From: a virus
Taxonomy: Duplodnaviria > Caudoviricetes
DNA: 64,000 nucleotides
Reading direction: 5' to 3' (one strand)
IMG/VR virus record: IMGVR_UViG_3300025120_010521
Below, one piece after another: positions 27,233-36,900 of this stretch. Position 1 is the first letter of the stretch, and each line of letters starts with the position of its first letter. The notes below the pieces were generated by a model, which was not told where the DNA came from, ran no database searches, and saw only the letters and a list, made by a program, of their open reading frames with translations. The position numbers and the translations under genes are program-made.

Positions 27233-27999
27233 TAATGACAGTCCTCTGGCTTTGGTTGTTCATGACGTTTAGAGTCAAAGTAATAATTAAAATTACAATG
27301 TTGATCTAAACCATTAATGAGATCTTTTGTAGCATAAGGCCATCCAGTGACTACTTGTCTTGATTCTTTAGTTACTTCGCCTTGCAAAGGATTTACATAA
27401 TGAGCTGACCCTATTGCAAATACTACACACTTATTATACGTTGGCTTTACAACTACATCATCTAAATAACGCATTGGAAATCCTTTTGATTCTACTAACT
27501 GTATATTTTCTTGCCATCTAGCTTCTTGTTTAGGAAACTGCTGTAAATGTTTTTCTACTCCATTGCGACTAGGAAATACTAACTCACCACCTTCTTCAGA
27601 AGAAAGAAAATGCATAAAAGCATATGGACCGTATTTGTCAATTGGCTCAGTATGTAGATCATACCAACCACGTTTTGAAAAACTCTTTGTGAATAACTGT
27701 AAGCCTTCTAAGTTATCCATAGGTACTGTTGCTTCTGTAAGTGGTTGCATTAGCTCATTCACTTTACCCATATATAAATCAATCAATACTCTATCTTTAT
27801 GTATATCAGTTCTATGCACTGTGTAATTATATGTTGTTGCATTAACTCCTGAATTTCTAAAGTTTGGCAATATTGCTTCGCCAGGTTCTAGTTCAGTTTT
27901 ACCTGCTGTTAACATATTTTGTTTTATTTGACTAATTGTACTGTCATCAAGAAAGTTATCATATTCCCATAACTCATTCTTTACTAATTCTTTCCACAT
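27232..27999 (-). CDS. 2OG-Fe(II) oxygenase, tandem paralog of 26543-27232
   Basis: MWKEL/MWNEL starts; YDLHTE, GGELV, SAHYVNP, TGWP shared. Confidence 0.65.
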   Translation of the reverse strand: MWKELVKNELWEYDNFLDDSTISQIKQNMLTAGKTELEPGEAILPNFRNSGVNATTYNYTVHRTDIHKDRVLIDLYMGKVNELMQPLTEATVPMDNLEGLQLFTKSFSKRGWYDLHTEPIDKYGPYAFMHFLSSEEGGELVFPSRNGVEKHLQQFPKQEARWQENIQLVESKGFPMRYLDDVVVKPTYNKCVVFAIGSAHYVNPLQGEVTKESRQVVTGWPYATKDLINGLDQHCNFNYYFDSKRHEQPKPEDCH

Positions 28000-29780
28000 T
28001 ATCTTTCGCTCCCTATAGCAACAATCTCAGTTGGTTTAATACGAGCGTCTGTACCATACATACTCATATCAAATTCTTTTTTCCATTCTGATATATCATA
28101 TTTAACCAACTTCTCTGGAAATACTTTTGACAAATCTTCTACAAACTGATCTTGGTTATGCCAAAACTGATATATTTCATCTGCACGTAAACATCTTGAA
28201 AAATACAAATATGTTGCTAAATCTTTTACTTCTGTTCTTGGCTCATCTTTAAATATATTTCTAATTATTTGTCTGTTCTTTTCTACTAGTTTAATCATTA
28301 AAGGCATTTTATCTAAATGCTTATAAAACCATTTAACTTGGAACTCTATATCATGCCCAGTATCAAATAAATCTTTCATAGTATGATTTAATGCTCTTGA
28401 GTTATGAAAGTTATGGTAGAACCACCAATAGTCAAACATACGAACAATTTCATCTTCATCATATGAAAAACATTTATGCATAATTTCTATCTCTTCAAAT
28501 TCATATGTGCTACGTTCATCTCTGTACTCTGGATGATTATGCAATTGCTTATATCCTAGTCCTGAAAACGAATAAGGAAATGCAAGTATCTTAGATTCTA
28601 CCTTGTGTTCTTTTTGAAACTTATCTGTATATAATTCTGTATTAGGTACTAGGTTTAAAAAGTATGATCGCATAAAATCAATACCAAGCTCATAATCTTT
28701 ATTCAATGAGTATAACCAACTGTCTGCTGTTTCGCCAGGTAAAGCAATAATCATTTCTGATGTTACTGGTAATCCTTTAGACTTAAAACTATCAATTAAA
28801 GGTAATAGTTTATCATTGTTAATATTTGCTCTGTTAATAACTTTTAATGTTTCTTTTGCATGTGTTTGGAAACTTACTTTCAAATTACGTTGATCAGCAT
28901 CTAAATTGTTATGTATTATATCGATAATCTCTGGTAACCATTTACTACCATTCTTTGCAAGTCCACTATAAGATATTTTAGGATTATTGCCTGTTGCTTC
29001 TTTATTTGCTTTCATTTTTTTAACGACATCTAAATCTCTAGGTAACATACCAAAGTTAGCATCAAGTATCTCTACTTCTGCTATGTTGGTGTGTTTGTAT
29101 ATAAAGTCTAATTGTTCATTTACAGGATCCATATCAAACTTTGTAACTTTTGATCTTGCTTGTCCACCCCAATCGCAGAATGCACATTTAAAAGGACAAC
29201 CACGATTAGTTTCAAATGATGCTTTAACTCTTTTTTCTTCAGCAAGTATAGAATCAAATACTCCATCTAAATATGGTGTAGGCATTTCATGAGTTTCAAT
29301 TTGATATAATTTTTTTCCTACCTCTACGTTATTCCATCCTAACCCAAAACTACCGTCATGTGTACTCATTGGAGTATCAATATTTTGTAAAAACTTACTA
29401 ATTAACTTTTCACCAGGACCTACCCAAAATATATCTATATAAGGATGATCTTTTGCAAACTTTTCTGCAAGTTTAGGATCTTCAGGTACATTAGGTCCAC
29501 CATACATTGTAATACCATTTGGGTTTACATCTTTGTAATGACTCATCAATTGATCATTATATGCTTGGTTCCATACGTAACAAGTTAACCCAAATACATC
29601 AATATTTTTAAACTCTTCTGTATATTCTTCTACAGGTTTATATTTGTATATTGGATCATTGAATTTATAATTTGATTTTATTTCTGGAATCTTATTACAG
29701 TAACTAATAAGGCATGCCGCGGCATATGGCAACCATGTTTCATGTATAACCGATACTGTGCCTAATTGTACTGTTTTCAT
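27999..29780 (-). CDS. Cobalamin-dependent (class B) radical SAM protein
   Basis: N-terminal B12-binding-like domain (GLTCYVWN, YGGPNV, GPGE) followed by ETNRGCPFKCAFCDWG. Confidence 0.85.
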   Translation of the reverse strand: MKTVQLGTVSVIHETWLPYAAACLISYCNKIPEIKSNYKFNDPIYKYKPVEEYTEEFKNIDVFGLTCYVWNQAYNDQLMSHYKDVNPNGITMYGGPNVPEDPKLAEKFAKDHPYIDIFWVGPGEKLISKFLQNIDTPMSTHDGSFGLGWNNVEVGKKLYQIETHEMPTPYLDGVFDSILAEEKRVKASFETNRGCPFKCAFCDWGGQARSKVTKFDMDPVNEQLDFIYKHTNIAEVEILDANFGMLPRDLDVVKKMKANKEATGNNPKISYSGLAKNGSKWLPEIIDIIHNNLDADQRNLKVSFQTHAKETLKVINRANINNDKLLPLIDSFKSKGLPVTSEMIIALPGETADSWLYSLNKDYELGIDFMRSYFLNLVPNTELYTDKFQKEHKVESKILAFPYSFSGLGYKQLHNHPEYRDERSTYEFEEIEIMHKCFSYDEDEIVRMFDYWWFYHNFHNSRALNHTMKDLFDTGHDIEFQVKWFYKHLDKMPLMIKLVEKNRQIIRNIFKDEPRTEVKDLATYLYFSRCLRADEIYQFWHNQDQFVEDLSKVFPEKLVKYDISEWKKEFDMSMYGTDARIKPTEIVAIGSER

Positions 29781-30379
29781 AATACCTCTGAAACATCTTT
29801 TATAGTTCCATTATGTTGATGCAATATTACTGCGTTGGTTGGTTTCCATTTATAATTTGGATCAATGTAATAGCTATAGATAAACTGTATCATATTTGAT
29901 TTTGGCTTATCGTGAAACACTAGATCTTTTTCAAGTGTTAGCTTTTTATAATCTTCATCTTCAAACCAACTGTTATCGCCACCTACGTATTTTTTCTTAT
30001 GCTGAAATAATTTATTAATTGCTACATCTTTAACATCATGTGTCCAGTAATAATGTTTAAACCCATTGTCTTTTGCCCAAGCAATTTGATGCTTCATCAT
30101 TTTAAATCCATAACGTCCATGCCTGTGTTTTTTAAGAATATGATATCTGCATTTCCTAATAGACTCTGGAGTGCCTGTGATAAAACTTCTTTCAGCATAA
30201 CTTATACTAGCAACTTCGTTATCAACTAATGCTAACCACAAACTGCTTTTATCATCTAATTCATCTATGTTAAATTTTTCTTTTTTATAAGTTCCGGAAC
30301 TTCCTTCTATTACTGCTTGTATGAGAAAGTCTTCAACTATTGGTTTATATGCTGAAGTATATTTTAATATTTTTTCCAT
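29777..30379 (-). CDS. GNAT-like acetyltransferase (start probably 30379)
   Basis: YHILKKHRHGRYGFKMMKHQIAWAKDNG resembles GNAT motif A. Confidence 0.5.
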   Translation of the reverse strand: MEKILKYTSAYKPIVEDFLIQAVIEGSSGTYKKEKFNIDELDDKSSLWLALVDNEVASISYAERSFITGTPESIRKCRYHILKKHRHGRYGFKMMKHQIAWAKDNGFKHYYWTHDVKDVAINKLFQHKKKYVGGDNSWFEDEDYKKLTLEKDLVFHDKPKSNMIQFIYSYYIDPNYKWKPTNAVILHQHNGTIKDVSEVL

Positions 30380-30380
30380 A

Positions 30381-31043
30381 TTATATGTACCATGATTCAA
30401 TAGATATATTTTTGATATGCACATTCTTTGGTTGGTTGACCATATAGTATACTGATTCAGCTATCTTATCTGATGGTACTAGTTTTACTCCCATAGGAAT
30501 TGTTTTTTTATATTCAGGAGATTTTTCAAATAGTCCTGTGTCTACCCAACCTGGTCTTATGATAGAAACTTTACATTTTCCTTTTCCATAAACACCAAAG
30601 TTATCAACAACTGTTTCTAATGCAATTTTTTGATGATAATAAGGTTTGACTATTTCAGCTGGCTCATTATGATCTTTTGCTGTTGACCCTATGCAAATAA
30701 TCAGTTTATTTTGTTTTTGCCACATTTCATAAACAGCATAGAGTAAATCTAACTGGCTCCATTGTAAGTGAGCATTGTTGATGAATATATCATAGTCTTT
30801 GATTTCTCTCAAAAATCTTTTTGTATCTTCTGTGTATTCAAAGTCTTGGTGTTTATCAGATTCTTGATCAGTAGTATATTGTTTTCCGATGTTTTTTAAA
30901 TTAAAACCTGTGGCACGACTAAAGCCAACAACATCATGGCCTTGTAAAATTCCCATATTGTATATGGATTTACCAATTCCGGATGTATGACCTGTTACTG
31001 CTATTTTTAAATTTTTAGAAGATTGAGTCTTCCTTTTTCCCAC
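30381..31043 (-). CDS. Short-chain dehydrogenase/reductase-like protein (paralog of 18997-19515)
   Basis: IAVTGHTSGIG, FINNAH, YYHQK, PGWVDT. Confidence 0.8.
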   Translation of the reverse strand: MGKRKTQSSKNLKIAVTGHTSGIGKSIYNMGILQGHDVVGFSRATGFNLKNIGKQYTTDQESDKHQDFEYTEDTKRFLREIKDYDIFINNAHLQWSQLDLLYAVYEMWQKQNKLIICIGSTAKDHNEPAEIVKPYYHQKIALETVVDNFGVYGKGKCKVSIIRPGWVDTGLFEKSPEYKKTIPMGVKLVPSDKIAESVYYMVNQPKNVHIKNISIESWYI

Positions 31044-31044
31044 T

Positions 31045-31797
31045 TTATTTTACCTCTAATTGTTTTATGAACCAACCACCCATATCAAACTCCCACCATT
31101 TATGTTGAAAATTTGAATTGTTAGGATTTGCATGATGATTATTATGCCAGCCTTCACCCCACATTAATATTCCTAACATTGGAACATTAGTTGAGTTATC
31201 AGGAGTTTCATGGTTTCTATATCCAATCATATGAGAAAGAGTGTTAATAAATGATCCTGCATTCCAAAGTATCATTGCTGGAAATAGATAAGCTGATACT
31301 AGTAACATTGGATCAATCATATACCATGTTCCGGCAATTGCTAAATGTATTAAAATATAATATCTATGAGTGAACAAATGAAATTTATTTCTAATAAGTT
31401 TAACAACGTACCTCGGTTTTGGCTTATCAAACATGCTTAACCATTGAACTTTAAAAAAGCCTTTGTACGATGGTGAGTGTGGATCATCTTCGCTATCAGT
31501 ATGCACATGGTGTTCTCTATGAATAGCTACCCATCCTATAGTTGATCCGGTTAACCCGTATGTACCTGCTAGTGATCCAAAGTAGTAAAACCATTTAGGC
31601 GCCTTCCAACTTGCATGACTTAACAATCTATGATATGTCATTGTCATTCCAAAACATCCAGTAATAAAATATACAAAAAATGCTATCACCCAATGATACC
31701 AAGCACCATACACAATCATAGGTATAATGCTTAGATGTGCGATCATCTGAGCAACAAATAAAAAATACTGATCTTTAGTTGTTTCTTGCTTTTTCAT
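31045..31797 (-). CDS. Membrane fatty-acid desaturase (delta-9 type), second copy
   Basis: HRLLSH, HREHH, GEGWHNNHH, WWEFD. Confidence 0.92.
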   Translation of the reverse strand: MKKQETTKDQYFLFVAQMIAHLSIIPMIVYGAWYHWVIAFFVYFITGCFGMTMTYHRLLSHASWKAPKWFYYFGSLAGTYGLTGSTIGWVAIHREHHVHTDSEDDPHSPSYKGFFKVQWLSMFDKPKPRYVVKLIRNKFHLFTHRYYILIHLAIAGTWYMIDPMLLVSAYLFPAMILWNAGSFINTLSHMIGYRNHETPDNSTNVPMLGILMWGEGWHNNHHANPNNSNFQHKWWEFDMGGWFIKQLEVK

Positions 31798-31853
31798 GGT
31801 TTTCCTTTATTAACACAATTATAACAATATTTATCCTAATTTACAAGTCTATA

Positions 31854-33716
31854 TTAAAACTTTAATTTCCATCCAACTGTTATATTTCTTCCGCCTTGAT
31901 TATAACCATCTGGTCTTTCATACTGATCATCTGTTAAGTTTTTTACGTTTAAAACTATTTCAGAATCTTGTGTTAGATAATAACCTGCTGTAAGATCTGC
32001 TGTTGTTCTTTCTTTAACAGTAATAGTTGACCAGTTAACTGAGTCAGTATCTCTATGATCACCATAATATAATATGCTAGGTGATATATAATAGTTATCT
32101 TTAGCATAAGTTACACCAGATTTCCAAGTAGTATGAGGTCTACGTTTTAACCAAGTACCTGATGAATCTTGTGCTGATGTTAGTGCTACATTGTTCACAA
32201 AGCTAAAATTACCAACATAGTAAGTAAAGTCAATGTCTGCACCCTTCATATTAGATGTTCCATTACTATCATTATTATATGTTGAATTAGAGTATGTTAT
32301 CATGTCTTTGATATCTGTTGAATAAAAAGCAATATCAAAATTATAAGATTTATCTTTACGATTATATCCTATTTCATTACTAACAGATTGTTCTGCTTTA
32401 AGATTTACGTTACCTGTGTAACCATAGTTATCTGCACCATATAGTTCATACAGTGTTGGTGCTTTATATCCTGTTGATTGGCTTATACGAAAACCATTAT
32501 ATGCCGCTCCAATTGAATATGTTGATTGACCATTTGCAATAGAATGCTCGTCATGTCTTAAACCACCTGATACAATTAGATTGTTTGTAAATGAATAATC
32601 AAAGTTATGATATATCCCTGTTACTGATGCTGACTTATCAACTGTAGAATTATAGCTACCTGTATTATTAAAGTCTACATCAAATCCAGTTACATCTACA
32701 CCTGTTTTAGTTGATACTTGGTCTGAACTTGTTACCCAATCTAAAGATCCATGTGTTGCAACAGAATCATAATTGTCTATTTCTGTTCCATTTACGTATT
32801 GTCTATCCCATATAGTATGATCAAAAACTGTTTTTATCTTTCCATACTTTACATCAGTTGACGTCTGCATTTGTCCAAAGTAAAACTTTGTTTCATTTGT
32901 ATAATCCAAATCATCTGCACCTGAGGCATCAATATCTGCGTTGGTTGTATTTGTTACTCCTGTAAATTTAATCTTTGTATCATCAAGAGTTATAACATGC
33001 CCAACATTAAATCCTAATACATCATATCCATCTGGTTCTGTACCCTGTGGATAAACTGATATCCCGTCTGACTGTTCTGTATATATTCCAAAGGTAAAAA
33101 AATCTTTACCATATGTATAAGCCATAGTGTTTGTGTCATGTGACCCTTGCGATATGGAAAATTCATTTTGTTTGTAATCAGATGTTTGTATATCAACAAC
33201 ACCACCAACTGCATTTGGTCCGTAGTTAGTACTCATTGGTCCTGTGTATAAATGTAAACCATCTGCAAAATGTATGTTAATGTTGTTTAAATCTGTAGCA
33301 CCATTTGTTGTTGAGTAGTCTGTAATTGCTGACCCGTTAATTGTTACAAGTGTGTGATTTGAATTTGTTCCTCTTGTAAATAACGATGTCTGTTGTCCTG
33401 CTGGTCCTGATCTAACTGCATTAAAACTTGGTGCGTCTTCTAATGCTTCTGATAATATGCTAGACCCTTCTTTCTTTTCATCGTCTAACCAAATAAACGA
33501 ATCTGTGTATATTCTATCTGCTTTTTGAGATGCTGTCATTGTATGAAATATTGGTATGTTTATTACCAATGAATCACATACAATTGTTTCATCCATCATT
33601 TCTTCCCAATAACATTCATTCTCTCCTGCTTTTGCAGGTTTAATTAAAAATGCTACAAATAATATTGCTAATACTATTATTCCTCTTCCGATGTTTCTTT
33701 TGCCTTCACTATTCAT
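31854..33716 (-). CDS. btuB: TonB-dependent receptor, BtuB (vitamin B12)-like
   Basis: Signal peptide; DETIV TonB-box-like; plug GQQTSLFTRGTNSNHTLVTING and GPMSTNYGPNAVGGVVDI; C-terminal YERPDGYNQGGRNITVGWKLKF. Confidence 0.8.
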   Translation of the reverse strand: MNSEGKRNIGRGIIVLAILFVAFLIKPAKAGENECYWEEMMDETIVCDSLVINIPIFHTMTASQKADRIYTDSFIWLDDEKKEGSSILSEALEDAPSFNAVRSGPAGQQTSLFTRGTNSNHTLVTINGSAITDYSTTNGATDLNNINIHFADGLHLYTGPMSTNYGPNAVGGVVDIQTSDYKQNEFSISQGSHDTNTMAYTYGKDFFTFGIYTEQSDGISVYPQGTEPDGYDVLGFNVGHVITLDDTKIKFTGVTNTTNADIDASGADDLDYTNETKFYFGQMQTSTDVKYGKIKTVFDHTIWDRQYVNGTEIDNYDSVATHGSLDWVTSSDQVSTKTGVDVTGFDVDFNNTGSYNSTVDKSASVTGIYHNFDYSFTNNLIVSGGLRHDEHSIANGQSTYSIGAAYNGFRISQSTGYKAPTLYELYGADNYGYTGNVNLKAEQSVSNEIGYNRKDKSYNFDIAFYSTDIKDMITYSNSTYNNDSNGTSNMKGADIDFTYYVGNFSFVNNVALTSAQDSSGTWLKRRPHTTWKSGVTYAKDNYYISPSILYYGDHRDTDSVNWSTITVKERTTADLTAGYYLTQDSEIVLNVKNLTDDQYERPDGYNQGGRNITVGWKLKF

Positions 33717-34242
33717 AGAGACCTTTCCTGTTAACTACCATTAAGTAGATGTTGTGTAAAGGTCGAGATAATGCTATAGTCAGTGACACCATTAAGGCAG
33801 TATAAACAACTGTGCCTAACAGTGTATTTTGGAAAAATGGTATTGCCATTGTGTAACACATTATTAATCCTTCTAATGTGTTAGGATAGTAGTCCCACAT
33901 AATCCATACTGCAAAATTTGTTACTACAAAAAATAACACTGATGATCCTATTGTCATTATTGCTAATGGTATGTATTTGCCAAACTGCATAGCCCATCTG
34001 CTAATAACTGTGGACATTGCTATTGATCCATAAACCCAAAGCATATAAGGATGAAACCCTATAAACACATCTCCAATAAACATTGCCATTAATGGTACTG
34101 CTATTGCTATCCAACGATCGTTAACGATGTATGGTGCAAATATAGCCGCGGCCAATATTGGTGTAAAGTTTGGTGGATGTGGTATGAGTCTACCTATGGC
34201 GAGAATGCCAGAAATATATAAAAATGACAGTATAATCTTCAT
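33709..34242 (-). CDS. DUF6580-like inner-membrane protein (putative cobalamin transport component)
   Basis: RLIPHPPNFTPILAAAIF, FFVVTNFAVW, CYTMAIPFFQNTLLG; several TM helices; overlaps btuB start. Confidence 0.7.
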   Translation of the reverse strand: MKIILSFLYISGILAIGRLIPHPPNFTPILAAAIFAPYIVNDRWIAIAVPLMAMFIGDVFIGFHPYMLWVYGSIAMSTVISRWAMQFGKYIPLAIMTIGSSVLFFVVTNFAVWIMWDYYPNTLEGLIMCYTMAIPFFQNTLLGTVVYTALMVSLTIALSRPLHNIYLMVVNRKGLYE

Positions 34243-34245
34243 AAT

Positions 34246-34321
34246 AGTATTACCCCAACCTCTATTGTTAAATACGGTAAATTGTAATACTATTTATAAC
34301 ATACTTTCCAATATCTGTCAA
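34246..34321 (-). promoter_or_regulatory. Overlapping sigma70 and TATAAATA promoters with a 5'-UTR hairpin upstream of the B12-uptake genes
   Basis: TTGACA(34316-34321)-17-TATAAA; TATAAATA 34291-34298; AGTATTAC/GTAATACT stem 34246-34291. Confidence 0.55.
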
Positions 34322-34335
34322 TATGCTAAATCTAA

Positions 34336-34674
34336 CTAATTTTTTTTTCTAAAAGCGGAATTAAACATTCTATGCACGTTTTGATGAACAGCATTTTCTA
34401 GTGATTCCATATCTATATAAATTTCCATATTTACTATGTCGTGATAGCTTTCTGCAACTTTGTCCCAATCAACTTGGCCATGTACAGGAATAGTATTATA
34501 GATATCATCACTAGTCATTAGGCTTGTTGAACCATCTCTATGAAATAGTTTAATTTTATCAACAAAATTTGCTGGAATTTTTTTTGGATGTATCTCATGC
34601 ATGATACGATCAAATTCTTTGTGATCTCTATCATTTCGAGAAGGTATAAATTTTCTGTTTGAGTCTTGTGTCAT
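34336..34674 (-). CDS. Hypothetical protein
   Basis: 112-aa ORF. Confidence 0.65.
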   Translation of the reverse strand: MTQDSNRKFIPSRNDRDHKEFDRIMHEIHPKKIPANFVDKIKLFHRDGSTSLMTSDDIYNTIPVHGQVDWDKVAESYHDIVNMEIYIDMESLENAVHQNVHRMFNSAFRKKN

Positions 34675-34676
34675 AA

Positions 34677-34717
34677 AAAACCTGCCTATGTACTAGTATT
34701 TATCATAGACAGGTTTT
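34677..34717 (-). terminator. Terminator hairpin whose loop contains a late-promoter motif
   Basis: AAAACCTGTCTATG-ATAAATACTAGTA-CATAGGCAGGTTTT then T-tract and ATG. Confidence 0.6.
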
Positions 34718-34724
34718 AGTAAAC

Positions 34725-35351
34725 TTATGAAGTCGTTTCTGCGGTAGCTTCTTTTTTAGGTCTACCTCTTGGTCTTTTTGGTTCAGCAAAAATAGGCTCT
34801 TTGCCTAATTTTCTCTGTATACCAGGTGAAACTGATTCAGCTTCTTCACGTTTTCTCATTGCGTCAGCTTCCATTAATTCTGCTTGAATTAATAAATTTC
34901 TTGCAATACCATCTTCGTTAGTTTCATCTAGTGGCTTTGCCATTTCGCCTGCTTTAGTTGATGAATCTGGTGTTTGCGGAATTGCTGGATCTGTTTTTGT
35001 TTCAGAAACCATTTTTTGGTATGCATTAAACTCTTTCAAAGGAAGTGTATCTGTAGTTGTCGGTAACAATGTTACTGTGTCTACTGGAATTCTTCTTAAG
35101 AAACCTTTTTCATGCAAAGTTGTTAGTATGTTTTTACCATCCCAAAACAACTTTCTGCCTAGCACTTCGTATAATTTATTAGATGCTTGAGCTTCTGGTG
35201 ATTCAACCGCCTGCATTAAACCATCGTGATATCTTTGTTCTAATGCATTGATGTCAACCACAAGACAGTTGTCTTGATCTTCTGGTATCGATGGAAATAC
35301 AACTACAACACGTCTGTTGGTTGAGTCCACTCTACCTGTATGTTTTATCAT
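34725..35351 (-). CDS. Hypothetical protein with C-terminal AT-hook-like motif
   Basis: Ends KRPRGRPKK. Confidence 0.7.
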   Translation of the reverse strand: MIKHTGRVDSTNRRVVVVFPSIPEDQDNCLVVDINALEQRYHDGLMQAVESPEAQASNKLYEVLGRKLFWDGKNILTTLHEKGFLRRIPVDTVTLLPTTTDTLPLKEFNAYQKMVSETKTDPAIPQTPDSSTKAGEMAKPLDETNEDGIARNLLIQAELMEADAMRKREEAESVSPGIQRKLGKEPIFAEPKRPRGRPKKEATAETTS

Positions 35352-35374
35352 TATTTTTCTCCTAATTGCAATTA

Positions 35375-35701
35375 TTATTTTTGTTCAGGTTGTTCCTGAT
35401 TAGGTTGTGCATCGCCAATTTTACCTTCGTCAATTGCTCCGCCTTCAGCTTCAGTTTTGCTTTTAGCATCTGCTTGAGCTTTCTGCTGATCTGCGACATG
35501 CTGTAAAAACTTTGTAAGTTTATCAGCTATACCACCAACGTTGGTAAGTTCATTGGCTCTGAACGCACCTCTTGAACTTGCTACGTCAATAACATTCAAC
35601 AAAGCCTGTAAGTCAGCAATTGACAATTGTGGTGCCTCTGCCGCTGGTGCTTGTTGTACTGCTTCTTGAGTAGATTCTTTTTGTGCTTGTTCTTCAGCCA
35701 T
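35375..35701 (-). CDS. Hypothetical protein
   Basis: AAGGAG SD; core LSIADLQALLNVIDVASSRGAF. Confidence 0.7.
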   Translation of the reverse strand: MAEEQAQKESTQEAVQQAPAAEAPQLSIADLQALLNVIDVASSRGAFRANELTNVGGIADKLTKFLQHVADQQKAQADAKSKTEAEGGAIDEGKIGDAQPNQEQPEQK

Positions 35702-35767
35702 TTTCTTCTCCTTAATATTAAGTTTGTTTATTATAGTATACTTTAATATTTATCGTCAACCTTTTTT

Positions 35768-36313
35768 TTAGGCGACTTTAATTAAATTATCATCCCATTT
35801 TAAATAGGATTTCCAACTATGATGAGGAATTATCAAAGGAAACTGCGATCTTTTTCCTGCTAGTTCCCAATAATCTGGCCTATAAGGCATTTGTTTTGGC
35901 CTAATATTTTGACTGCCTTTTTCAACATTACAAGTCATACATGATGTTACTATGTTTTCCCAATGCGAATGTCCACCTGCTGATCTTGGTACAACATGAT
36001 CTAATGTAAGGTCTTTCCAGTTTTTATCGTCATACTCACATCCGCAATATTGGCAAGTAAACAAATCTCTTAGATAAACATTGTTTCTTGAAAATCTAGG
36101 ATGCCTAGCTAAATTTAAATATTCTTTTGCTATTAATACACTTGGTACGTGCATTTCAGTTGAAGGGCTGTGAATTATCCAATCATCATAATGTTCTAAA
36201 ACTTTAAATTTATCTAGCCATATGAATTTGATTGAGAGATGCCAATTTACTGCACTAATGGGCAATAAACTTAACGGAGATCCGTCTGCATTTAAGATTA
36301 ATGTATCACTCAT
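35768..36313 (-). CDS. HNH endonuclease
   Basis: RDLFTCQYCG...LTLDHVVPRSAGG...WENIVTSCMTCNVEK. Confidence 0.92.
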   Translation of the reverse strand: MSDTLILNADGSPLSLLPISAVNWHLSIKFIWLDKFKVLEHYDDWIIHSPSTEMHVPSVLIAKEYLNLARHPRFSRNNVYLRDLFTCQYCGCEYDDKNWKDLTLDHVVPRSAGGHSHWENIVTSCMTCNVEKGSQNIRPKQMPYRPDYWELAGKRSQFPLIIPHHSWKSYLKWDDNLIKVA

Positions 36314-36397
36314 TGTTATATTTGTTTATATTTAGTTTTAATTCTTATTAATATAAAGTATCATGTTATGGTTTGTCAACCGGGGTTAAATACTTAT

Positions 36398-36898
36398 ATG
36401 GCACGTTTATTATTCTTAATCATTGCGTTATTTACATTTTTAAGTGTATCTGCTAAAGCAGAGCAACCAGATCTTGCAGATAACAAAGATTATCAATCAT
36501 TAGCTGGAGACTTTAGAATGTATTCAGTATGTCAATCAATACATCAAAACCTTGCTATGTTTATTGCTATAAATTATGGTGTTGGTTCAAATTTAAATTT
36601 TCCTGAAGATTGGAAAAATCAACAAAGATCTTTAATTAATAATATTGTTATACAAGAAGAAACATTTGGCAACAAACTTATTGTAACAATACAAAAATTG
36701 CATGAAGAATTTGGTATGCCATTACAAGGTTTACAAAATCAAAAAGCAAGAAATCAATCACAAACAACGCAATCAATTATATTTACAGTTGCAGGATCAA
36801 TTAACGATCCAGATAAAGTAACATTGACTATTAAAAATATGCTAAATGAATCTGTTAAATGTAGAGCATATAAGTCTGCTTATAATTACGAGAGGTAA
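36398..36898 (+). CDS. Hypothetical secreted protein (start probably 36398)
   Basis: Signal peptide MARLLFLIIALFTFLSVSAKA; TAAATA 5 nt upstream. Confidence 0.6.
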   Translation: MARLLFLIIALFTFLSVSAKAEQPDLADNKDYQSLAGDFRMYSVCQSIHQNLAMFIAINYGVGSNLNFPEDWKNQQRSLINNIVIQEETFGNKLIVTIQKLHEEFGMPLQGLQNQKARNQSQTTQSIIFTVAGSINDPDKVTLTIKNMLNESVKCRAYKSAYNYER

Positions 36899-36900
36899 AC

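Noticed and set aside
34243-34335. Expected cobalamin riboswitch upstream of the B12 transport genes
   Set aside because: No B12-box or GGGAA/GCCACTG core is visible; only a promoter and a simple hairpin.
35768-36313. HNH gene as an intron-encoded homing endonuclease
   Set aside because: Free-standing between intact genes; no interrupted host gene or group I intron core seen.
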